Assembly: GCA_965203905.1 (NCBI GenBank) | Contig: CBDBDQ010000005.1 | Location: forward strand, 7,328,001 to 7,392,000 | Source of the DNA: Spirochaetia bacterium | GTDB lineage: Bacteria > Spirochaetota > Spirochaetia > SZUA-6 > Bin103 | Direction: 5' to 3' | Length of the DNA stretch: 64,000 nucleotides | Part shown: in pieces, positions 1-8,017 of the stretch | How positions within the stretch are numbered: the first letter of the stretch is position 1 | Layout of the letters: the number at the start of each line of letters is the position of its first letter | Program-made: the position numbers and the translations under genes | Notes under the pieces: model-generated | What the model saw: the letters and a program-made list of their open reading frames with translations, nothing else | What the model was told of the DNA's origin: nothing | Database searches by the model: none

Positions 1-1
1 G

Positions 2-1231
2 GTGACCCAGTCGCGCCGCTCGGTGGGCGACGTCAGCGGTCACGTACACGAGACCATGAGCGGGATCGCGGTGGCCAAGTCGTTTCGCAAGGAGCAGCTC
101 CTGTATGACCAGTTCGCGCCGGTGAACGAGCGTTCGTTTCGCCTCGGCTGGCGCCACGACGTGGTGTTCGCCAGCTTCACGCCGCTGCTGGGCACCGTCG
201 CCGCGCTGGGCTCCGCGGCCCTGGTGTACGCGGGCGGGATGCGCGCGGAGTTGGGCGGCCTCACCATCGGCGAGTGGTACCTGTACCTGCTGACGGTGCG
301 CCTGCTGTGGTTCCGGCTCGCCCTGATCGCCGCGTTCTGGAACCGGTTCCAGCTCGGCCTGGCCGCCGGGGAACGGGTGTTCGCGCTGATCGATACCGAG
401 CCGCAGGTGGTGCAGACCGGTTCCGCACCGGTGCCCGCCGTGAACGGACACATCGAGCTGCGCAACGTGCGCTTCCACTACCGGGAAGGCGAAGGCGTAT
501 TCGACGATTTCTCCCTTACCGTTCAGCCCGGAGAGACCCTGGCGCTGGTGGGGCACACCGGTTCCGGCAAGTCGAGCATCACCAAGCTGGTGTCCCGCTT
601 CTACGAGTTCCAGGGCGGCGAGATCCTGGTTGACGGACGCGACATCCGCGGCCTGGACCTGGCCGGCTACCGCTCCCACCTGGGCTTCGTGACCCAGGTG
701 CCGTTCCTGTTCAACGGCAGCGTGCTGGACAACATCCGCTACGGCCGCGGCGACGCCGACGATGCCACCGTGGCGGCCACCGCGGCCCGGGTGGGCGGCG
801 GCGACTGGATCGACACCCTCCCCAACGGGCTCGCCACCGAGGTGACCGAGCGCGGGCGCAACCTGTCGCTCGGCCAGCGCCAGCTCATCGCCCTGAGCCG
901 CGTCCTGCTGCAGGACCCCGCCGTGCTGATCCTCGACGAGGCCACCGCAAGCATCGACCCTCTCACCGAGGCGCTGGTGCAGGAGGGCATGGACGAGCTG
1001 CTGCGCGAGCGCACCGCCGTCGTCATCGCCCACCGCCTGTCCACCATCAAGCGCGCCGACCGCATCGTCGTGCTGCGCTCCGGCACCATCATCGAACAGG
1101 GCACCCACGACGGGCTGCTGCAGGCCGGCGGCCACTACGCCGAGCTCTACAACGCCTACTTCCGCCACCAGAGCCTGGATTACGTCGAGACCGCCCCCGG
1201 CAGCGCGGCGCCCCTGCCGTCAGCGCGATGA
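2..1231 (+). CDS. ABC transporter permease/ATP-binding fusion (exporter type), 5'-truncated by window edge
   Basis: TM segments, then Walker A GHTGSGKS, signature LSLGQRQ, Walker B VLILDEAT and H-loop IAHRLST. Confidence 0.93.
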   Translation: MTQSRRSVGDVSGHVHETMSGIAVAKSFRKEQLLYDQFAPVNERSFRLGWRHDVVFASFTPLLGTVAALGSAALVYAGGMRAELGGLTIGEWYLYLLTVRLLWFRLALIAAFWNRFQLGLAAGERVFALIDTEPQVVQTGSAPVPAVNGHIELRNVRFHYREGEGVFDDFSLTVQPGETLALVGHTGSGKSSITKLVSRFYEFQGGEILVDGRDIRGLDLAGYRSHLGFVTQVPFLFNGSVLDNIRYGRGDADDATVAATAARVGGGDWIDTLPNGLATEVTERGRNLSLGQRQLIALSRVLLQDPAVLILDEATASIDPLTEALVQEGMDELLRERTAVVIAHRLSTIKRADRIVVLRSGTIIEQGTHDGLLQAGGHYAELYNAYFRHQSLDYVETAPGSAAPLPSAR

Positions 1232-2053
1232 GCCGGTGGTGAGGCCGGCGATGAAGTACTTGGACAGGAAGGAGAACAGCAGCAGCACCGGCAGGTAGGA
1301 GATGAAGCTCATGGCGTTCAGGCCGCCCCAGTTCTGGGTCAGGGTGGAGTGCATGGCGAAGAAGATCTTCACCGGCGCGGTGTGCTTCTCCACCGCGGCC
1401 TGCAGGTAGGTGCGCGCCGCGATGTACTCGTTCCAGTTGTTCAGGAACAGGAAGATGGTGGTGCTGATGATGCCGGGCGCGCTGATCGGCAGGATGATGC
1501 GCACCAGCGTCTGCAGCCGCGAGCAGCCGTCCACCCGCGCCGCGTCCTCCAGCTCCTTGGGCAGCGACTGGAAGAAGCCGCGCATGATCCACACCGTCCA
1601 CGGGATGCCCCAGCCGCCGTAGATCAGGATCAGCCCGGTGTAGGTGCTCAGCAGCTTCAGCTTGGCCAGCATCACGTAGATCGGGATCAGGTTGGTGAGC
1701 CCCGGCACCGTCATCGAGGCCAGGATCAGCACCAGCACCACGCTGTTGCCGACGAAGCGGAAGCGCGCCAGCGAGTACGCCGCCAGCACCCCGACGACCA
1801 GCGAGATGGCCGTCGCCACCCCGGAGATGAACAGGCTGTTGAGCACGTTGCGGTAGAACTGCCCCACGACGAAGGTGCTGTAGTAGTGCTGCAGGGTCGC
1901 CCGTTGCGGAATCCAGCGCGGCGGCGAGGTGAAGATGTCCTGGTCCACCTTGATCGAGGTGGAGACGCCCCACAGCAGCGGAAACAGCGACCACACCGAG
2001 ACCAGCACGATCAGGGCGTATACCAGGGTGGTGAGGGCTCTGCTACGCTGCAT
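1220..2053 (-). CDS. Carbohydrate ABC transporter permease (MalG-like)
   Basis: 6 TM helices; EAA loop 'PKELEDAARVDGCS'. Confidence 0.93.
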   Translation of the reverse strand: MQRSRALTTLVYALIVLVSVWSLFPLLWGVSTSIKVDQDIFTSPPRWIPQRATLQHYYSTFVVGQFYRNVLNSLFISGVATAISLVVGVLAAYSLARFRFVGNSVVLVLILASMTVPGLTNLIPIYVMLAKLKLLSTYTGLILIYGGWGIPWTVWIMRGFFQSLPKELEDAARVDGCSRLQTLVRIILPISAPGIISTTIFLFLNNWNEYIAARTYLQAAVEKHTAPVKIFFAMHSTLTQNWGGLNAMSFISYLPVLLLFSFLSKYFIAGLTTGSSR

Positions 2054-2068
2054 CCTCAGCCCTTCTCA

Positions 2069-2944
2069 TCAGTAGACGTTCTCCGCCTTGATCAGCTTGA
2101 TGTAGCCGATGGCGAGGCCGATGTTCACCACGAACAGCACCAGCGCGATCACCGAACCCAGACCCAGCCGCGTGTAGCGGAACGCCACCCGCCACATGTA
2201 CAGCGGCAGCGCCGTAGTGGCGCGCGACGGCCCCCCGTTGGTGATGGTCAGCGGCATCGTCAGCTCGTTGAAAAAGTTGATGGTGAGGATCACCAGCACT
2301 ACCAGGATCGCCGGCCGCAGCAGCGGCAGGGTGAGCCGCGCGAAGCGCTGCAGCGGCCCGGCGCCGTCGGTGAGCGCCGACTCGTAGATCTCCTGCGGCA
2401 GCGACAGCACCGCGGCGTAGAACAGCAAGGCGGTGAACGGCAGCGTCTTCCACACCCCGCCGGCGATGATCATGATCATCGCCGAGTTGGGCCGGCCGAG
2501 CCAGTTCACCCGCTCCAGCCCGAACATCAGCAGGGCCTCGTTCATGGCCCCGAACTCGGCGCTCAGGATCCACTTCCAGAGGATGCCCGCCACCACCGCG
2601 GAGATGATCCACGGCAGGATGGCGATGTACTTGAACACCTGGTTGCCGCGCTCCGGCTGCGCCAGCAGGATGCCCATCCCCAGGCTGGCCACCAGGGTCA
2701 GGCCCACGGTGAAGCAACAGTAGACCACCGAGATGCGCGCCGACTCCCAGAAGAAGTCGTCCTCCAGCAGCCAGGCGTAGTTGCCGATGCCGACGTACTT
2801 GAGCCGCGCCAGCCCGCCCTCGAAGAACGACAGGTAGATCGTGTATCCCAGCGGATAGAACGACACCATGAAGATCAGGAACAGGGCCGGCACCAGCGAC
2901 AGGTACTGGAACCGGTGCAGGTTGAGGTAGCGCAGTGGCGACAT
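2069..2944 (-). CDS. Carbohydrate ABC transporter permease (MalF-like)
   Basis: EAA loop 'PQEIYESALTDGAG', 'TNGGP' motif, TM pattern. Confidence 0.93.
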   Translation of the reverse strand: MSPLRYLNLHRFQYLSLVPALFLIFMVSFYPLGYTIYLSFFEGGLARLKYVGIGNYAWLLEDDFFWESARISVVYCCFTVGLTLVASLGMGILLAQPERGNQVFKYIAILPWIISAVVAGILWKWILSAEFGAMNEALLMFGLERVNWLGRPNSAMIMIIAGGVWKTLPFTALLFYAAVLSLPQEIYESALTDGAGPLQRFARLTLPLLRPAILVVLVILTINFFNELTMPLTITNGGPSRATTALPLYMWRVAFRYTRLGLGSVIALVLFVVNIGLAIGYIKLIKAENVY

Positions 2945-3104
2945 GGCGTCGCTCAGGGTTCAGGACGGCGCCGGTACCGGGCCCACCGGTGCGACGGCAG
3001 ACACGGTCCGGCGCGAGCCGACCCGCCCGCGGCACCGCCTGGCGGCGCCGCGCAACGGGTCGCGACTCTCGTCCGCTGGACGCGGGTCGTTGCCCGCCGG
3101 GCGT

Positions 3105-4376
3105 TCAGTTGGCGAACAGCGAGTCGTAGCGGTCCGCGGCGGCATCCAGGGCCGCCTGCGCCGTCTCGTCGCCCAGCAGCACCTTGCCCAGGGCGCTGGC
3201 CAGCAGGTCGTTCATCTCCGGCAGGTTCTCCAGCCGCGGCAGCGGCACCGCCGTCGGTGCGATCTCCTCCAGCATGATGCGCTTCACCTCGGGATCCTCG
3301 AAGTCGGGCGCCACGCTCTTGAGGATTGGCAGGAAGCCGCCCAGCTTGCCGTAGGGCGCGTCGGTGACGTTGATCCACAGCGTCATCAGCTCGAACGCCG
3401 TGGCGATCTTCTCGTCGGCGATGTTGGCGGGCATGAACAGCGCCCAGTTGTCGTTGTAGGTGACGTGCTTGCCCGACTCGATGGTCTTGGGAATCGGCGC
3501 CACGCCGACCTGCGGAAACATGTCGGCGGCCTGCTGCGCCATCTGCTTGTACTCCCAGATGCCGTCGATGTAGCTGCCGTAGACGCCGGCCCGGAACCCG
3601 GCCTCGATCTCGGCGTCGTCGGCGGCGGCAATGGTCTCCGGGCTGATGCCGTACTTGCCGATCCAGTCGCGCTGGAACTCCGCCACCTGCACCCCGATGT
3701 CGCTGTTGAACGCCGCCTTGCCGTCGGCACCGACCACCTCGCCGCCGGCGCTCAGCAGCATGAGCTGGAAGTAGGCGGGTCCCTGGTCGTAGCCGGGGCC
3801 GCCGGCGTGGCCGTAGGCCCAGCGGTTGTTGCCGGTCATCACCTGGCCGGCGCGGATCACGTCCTCCCAGGTCTTGGGGTTGGGGATGCCGGCGTCCGCG
3901 TACCAGTCCTTGCGGTAGTAGAAGATGTAGTGGTGGCCGCCGATGGCGGGAATGCCGTACAGCTTGCCGTCGTAGGTGTAGGCGTCCAGCGTGCCCTCGC
4001 GGAAGTTGTCCTTGCCCTCGTAGGTGGCGAACAGATCGTCGACCGCGCGGAAGTAGCCGCCATTGACCATCTTGGTGGTGCCGCTCGAATACTGCTGCAC
4101 GATGTCGGGCGGGTCGCCCGCACCGTAGGCGGCGATGAACTGCGGCACCAGGTCGCGCTCGCCCACCGTGGTGAAGGTCAGGTCGATGTTCGGGTAATTC
4201 TCCTCCACCGTGGCGATGAACTCGCGGCCGGGACCGCCCCAGAGCTGATCGGGCGACACGTCCACCGACAGCCACATGTCCATGTCGATGGTGGAACCCG
4301 CACCCTCCTGCTCGCCGGCGCCGAACGCCAGGCCGGCCGCGGCGAGCGCTACGATACCTATGGTCAGATACTTCAT
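3105..4376 (-). CDS. Sugar ABC transporter solute-binding protein
   Basis: Start MKYLTIG after GGAGG RBS; leader 'AFGAGEQE'; 'GDPPDI', 'YDGKLYGIP', 'YYRKDW..AGI..PKTWED' SBP motifs. Confidence 0.9.
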   Translation of the reverse strand: MKYLTIGIVALAAAGLAFGAGEQEGAGSTIDMDMWLSVDVSPDQLWGGPGREFIATVEENYPNIDLTFTTVGERDLVPQFIAAYGAGDPPDIVQQYSSGTTKMVNGGYFRAVDDLFATYEGKDNFREGTLDAYTYDGKLYGIPAIGGHHYIFYYRKDWYADAGIPNPKTWEDVIRAGQVMTGNNRWAYGHAGGPGYDQGPAYFQLMLLSAGGEVVGADGKAAFNSDIGVQVAEFQRDWIGKYGISPETIAAADDAEIEAGFRAGVYGSYIDGIWEYKQMAQQAADMFPQVGVAPIPKTIESGKHVTYNDNWALFMPANIADEKIATAFELMTLWINVTDAPYGKLGGFLPILKSVAPDFEDPEVKRIMLEEIAPTAVPLPRLENLPEMNDLLASALGKVLLGDETAQAALDAAADRYDSLFAN

Positions 4377-4459
4377 GCGCAAACCTCCGCGCCTAGCTCT
4401 ACCAGCGGGAGTATGGTCTGTCAACTGGAACGCGCTCGGCTTGCTCGGCCTGCCTTGCG

Positions 4460-5110
4460 CTACACGATCGGGCGCATGGCGAGGGCGATCGAGGCTTCGA
4501 TCTCCCACACCGCCTGCGACACCGCCTGGCCGATCAGGTCGAGCTTGCGTACCTGCTCGATGCGCTCCTCGGCATGTTGCCGCTCGCGGCGCGAAAGCAG
4601 TTCGCGGAACAGGCCGCAGGCATCCGCGAGGCAGATGATGACGATGTCGCGCGGGGCGGGGATCACGTCGCTGAACAGCACCTCCATGATGCGCAGCTTG
4701 ACCTCGCGCTCGGCCTTGCCGTCGACCACCGGATAGCGCCGCGACCGGAACACCCACAGGAAGCGGTCGTCGCGCCGCTGCAGGATGCCGCGCTCGATGA
4801 GCCGTTGCAGCACCGCCTCGCGGATGTAGCCGGCGTCCTCGGCGATCCGTTCCACCCAATAGCGGGCGTCCTGGGTCTCGGGCGCGCGCGCGATCCGGGC
4901 CAGCGTCGGGTCCAGCAGATTGTCCCCGACCGGCGTCGAATCGACCAGCATGAGCTGCTTCGGATCGGTGTCGATCCGGTTCGCCAGCGCCAGGTCCATC
5001 AGCACCGCGCCCGAGAGGGCACACTGCAGCGACGACTCGGGCACGCCCACGAATGTCCCGCCCTCGTCATCGAGCAGGAGCAGCATGATCTCTTCCGCAA
5101 ATCTCAGCAT
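4460..5110 (-). CDS. GPP34 (GOLPH3/VPS74-like) family phosphoprotein
   Basis: 'AEEIMLLLLDD', 'ALSGAVLMDLALANRI', 'L.ERGIL....RFLWVF..RRYP'; start chosen at 5110 because of the promoter position and RBS. Confidence 0.85.
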   Translation of the reverse strand: MLRFAEEIMLLLLDDEGGTFVGVPESSLQCALSGAVLMDLALANRIDTDPKQLMLVDSTPVGDNLLDPTLARIARAPETQDARYWVERIAEDAGYIREAVLQRLIERGILQRRDDRFLWVFRSRRYPVVDGKAEREVKLRIMEVLFSDVIPAPRDIVIICLADACGLFRELLSRRERQHAEERIEQVRKLDLIGQAVSQAVWEIEASIALAMRPIV

Positions 5111-5128
5111 CGCCTCGTTCCTGGACAT

Positions 5129-5157
5129 ACCGTAGGGGGCGACGCGCCCGCTGTCAA
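5129..5157 (-). promoter_or_regulatory. Putative sigma70 promoter of the GPP34 gene
   Basis: Minus strand TTGACA-17 nt-TACGGT, ~20 nt before the ATG at 5110. Confidence 0.55.
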
Positions 5158-5181
5158 ATGCTTGCGCGCCACCCCCGGGCG

Positions 5182-6825
5182 TCAGCCGTACTGGCGGTCG
5201 AACACCTTCTGGGCGATCTCCAGCATGCGCTCCAGGCCCATCCGCTCCAGCGTACCGACGTAGCCGTCCCAGTCCGCGTCCACGTCCAGGTCGCCGGTGA
5301 TGAACTTGACCCAGGCCTCGTTGTGGTAGGCCAGGATCTCCGTGCGCAGCGCCTGGTACTCGTCGTTCTCGTCCTCGGTCATGTTGAGCACCGGCAGCAC
5401 CAGGTTCTCGTCCGGCACGTACTCCCAGTACTTGAGAGACTGGCGGTACAGGCGGCCGGCGTCGTTGTATGGGTCGCCGTCGTCGACGGTGCGGAACTCG
5501 TAGCCCTGGCGCGGGTACATCCACAGCCAGGCGCGGTTCTGTTCCTGCTCGGCCCACATGAACACGTGCTCGATCAGGTTGGCCTGGGTGCCGTAGAAGC
5601 TCATCTCGCCTTCCGCCGGCCAGTCCCAGTCGGTGCCCTCCTCACCCTGGTAGATGCGCCACTGCGCCTCCTGGGTGGCCAGGAAGTCGAACCAGCGCCA
5701 GGCGATCAGCGGCTCCTCCGCCTCGCTGGTGATGGCGCCCCAGCCGGGCACCGTCGAGAACGGGTTGAAGGCGGCGGTGCGGTGGCCGTCCGGGCCTTCC
5801 AGCGCCGGGTAGTTGTTGAACCAGTTGTTGTAGGTCTCGTGGCCCGCGTCGATGAAGCGGTTCTTGATGTGCTGGGAGATGATCACCGGCCGCGCCGCGT
5901 CGCCGCCCATCACCAGTTGCTTCATCTGCTGCTGGTCCTGCACGAACTGCTCCCGGTCCCACAGCCCCTCGGCGTAGAGCTGGTGCTGGTAGCGCAGGCC
6001 GTCGCGGAACTGCTCGCTCACGATCGGGCTCCACAGCATGCCATTCTCGTCCACGTTGATGCGCCGCCAGTCGACGTACACGAACGCGTTCATGGTGAAG
6101 AGCTGGGGAATCTCGCCCTTCTCGCCGGTGAACGGGATCTCGTCGTTGGGGTCGCCGTTGCCGTTGACGTCGGTGACCTTGGCCTTGCGCAGCATCTCCA
6201 GGAAGCCGTCGGTGGTGTCGGGAATGCCCAGGCCCAGGGTCTCCATGAACTGGTCGTTGTACCACGCCTTGGCGTAGGGCCGGTTCTGGCGGATCAGCGA
6301 CATCGAGCCGATCGAGTAGATGTTGCCGTCCGGCATGGTCATCTGGCTGGCGGTGAGCGGAATCTGCTCGTACAGCTTCTTGATGTGCACCGACTCGTTC
6401 TCGATGTAGTCGTTCAATGGGACCAGCAACCCCTGCGACCCGTAGGCGAAGTCGACACCACGCACGATCTGGTTGCCCAGGAAGATGTCGGGCAGGTCGG
6501 CGCCGCTGGCCAGCATCAGGTTGGCCTTGTTGCGCCCCTCGCCGCCCCATTGCAGCGTCTGCCACTCGATCTTGACGTTGGTCTGCTCCTCCGCCCACTG
6601 CGTCGCGGTGTTGGTGCTGATGTCGACGATGTTGGGCGGGATGATCGCGGCCACGGTCAGGGTGTAGGGCTCGTCGACGATGGGGAGCTGACCCACGCCG
6701 TTGATCATCACCCCGGACGCCGCGGCGCCCTCCTCTTCGCCGCTGGCGAAGGCCGACTGCGCCCCCGCCAGGAGCAAGATGAGCAGCACCACGCCACTCC
6801 CCCGAAGCACACGTCTGGAATTCAT
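5182..6825 (-). CDS. ABC transporter solute-binding protein (LplA-like)
   Basis: Signal 'AFASGEEE', 'LMLASGADLPDI', 'PDGNIYS', 'DVNGNGDPNDEIP', C-terminal 'KFITGDLDVDADWDGYV..LERMGL'. Confidence 0.9.
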   Translation of the reverse strand: MNSRRVLRGSGVVLLILLLAGAQSAFASGEEEGAAASGVMINGVGQLPIVDEPYTLTVAAIIPPNIVDISTNTATQWAEEQTNVKIEWQTLQWGGEGRNKANLMLASGADLPDIFLGNQIVRGVDFAYGSQGLLVPLNDYIENESVHIKKLYEQIPLTASQMTMPDGNIYSIGSMSLIRQNRPYAKAWYNDQFMETLGLGIPDTTDGFLEMLRKAKVTDVNGNGDPNDEIPFTGEKGEIPQLFTMNAFVYVDWRRINVDENGMLWSPIVSEQFRDGLRYQHQLYAEGLWDREQFVQDQQQMKQLVMGGDAARPVIISQHIKNRFIDAGHETYNNWFNNYPALEGPDGHRTAAFNPFSTVPGWGAITSEAEEPLIAWRWFDFLATQEAQWRIYQGEEGTDWDWPAEGEMSFYGTQANLIEHVFMWAEQEQNRAWLWMYPRQGYEFRTVDDGDPYNDAGRLYRQSLKYWEYVPDENLVLPVLNMTEDENDEYQALRTEILAYHNEAWVKFITGDLDVDADWDGYVGTLERMGLERMLEIAQKVFDRQYG

Positions 6826-6978
6826 GTTCTTCTCCTTCTTGTTGCCCGCCGCACCGGCGACGGATCGATCGATGCCGCCCGACTCCGGGTCAGCCTGCAG
6901 GTGAGCCTATCACGACACCTGGATCAACCGCCAAGCACAATCACCCCAACACCCCAACGCCTCGGTGGCTCCCTCCCG

Positions 6979-7839
6979 CTACCCACCGTTCCACCGTTCC
7001 GGCTGAATCAGCGGGAAGCCGCGACCGACCAGGGCGTGCCCATCCTCGACCTCGAATCCCGGCACCAATGGATGGTTGGGGGTTTGCGAGAGCTTCACGC
7101 GCACGCCGTCGGCCATATAGATCATGACGTGGGCTCGACGTTGCCGGGAGGTCGTATTTGGGGGCGTCGCGTGAAAGTTGAGACAGTGGTGAAACATGCA
7201 CTCGCCCGCCTTGAGCTCGACGGGTGTACCAATGCCGATCGGTTCATGGCGCATCGCCTGCCGCGGCGTCTCGGGCAGAGCATCCGGATCCTTAGCCTGC
7301 TCCCTGGCCTGGAGCTCGGCGGCGTAGGCATCCAGACCGAAGCGGGGATCACGATGGCTCGCCGGCACCACGTGCATGCAGCCATTCACCGTCGTAACGT
7401 CATCGAGCGCCAGCCAACAACTCACCAGGCGAGGCTCGCCCAAAGGCCACAGGTAGAAATCCTGATGAAACTCGAAGTGCCCGTTGTCTCCCGGCGGCTT
7501 GGAGATGATCTGATCGTGCCACAGCCGCACCCGGGGAGTGTCGAGCAGCGCACCCACAATGCCTGATAGGACCGGGTGGTGCATGATGCGCGCGAACATC
7601 GCCTCCCGCTTCCACATGTTGATGAACTGGGTGATGGCCCGGCCCTCGGGATAATCTTCACCGCCGCGACGGTGGCCATATCCGAACTCGTGATGGCTGC
7701 CATCACCGCCCGCAGCCTCGAGCTCGATGACTCTATCCAGCCCGGCGCGCATCTCTTCGACCTGGTTCAAGTCGAGAATGCGGCCACACTTCAGATAGCC
7801 GTTTTCATGAAAAAACCGAATCTGTTCAGGGCTGATCAC
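6979..7839 (-). CDS. Phytanoyl-CoA dioxygenase (PhyH) family Fe(II)/2-oxoglutarate oxygenase
   Basis: 'FFHENGYL', HxD 'HQD', 'WLALDD....NGCM.VVPASH', distal His 'FHATPPN'; GTG start after AAGGAG. Confidence 0.9.
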   Translation of the reverse strand: MISPEQIRFFHENGYLKCGRILDLNQVEEMRAGLDRVIELEAAGGDGSHHEFGYGHRRGGEDYPEGRAITQFINMWKREAMFARIMHHPVLSGIVGALLDTPRVRLWHDQIISKPPGDNGHFEFHQDFYLWPLGEPRLVSCWLALDDVTTVNGCMHVVPASHRDPRFGLDAYAAELQAREQAKDPDALPETPRQAMRHEPIGIGTPVELKAGECMFHHCLNFHATPPNTTSRQRRAHVMIYMADGVRVKLSQTPNHPLVPGFEVEDGHALVGRGFPLIQPERWNGG

Positions 7840-7902
7840 AACCACTCCTTTCACCCGTAGTCCATCGGCAGAGCGCGGCGCGAGCGAACCCCGCGCCGTG
7901 AA

Positions 7903-7977
7903 TCACTGTTGGTGGATTCGTTCGAAGACCTCCGCCAGCTCCTCGATCGCCGCGTCATATCCTCCCTTTTCCCTGCG
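7903..7977 (-). pseudogene. Possible orphan C-terminal fragment of a solute-binding protein gene
   Basis: Reads RREKGGYDAAIEELAEVFERIHQQ* and starts at the edge of the AAA repeat; resembles SBP C-terminal helices. Confidence 0.35.
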
Positions 7978-8017
7978 CGCCGCCGCCTGGGCTGCGCACG
8001 TCGGTGCGGTCGTTGCG

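Noticed and set aside
1349-7566. Long plus-strand ORFs (642, 597, 802 aa) and similar antisense ORFs across the window
   Set aside because: Shadow frames of real high-GC genes, with Arg/Ala/Gly-biased composition and no motifs.
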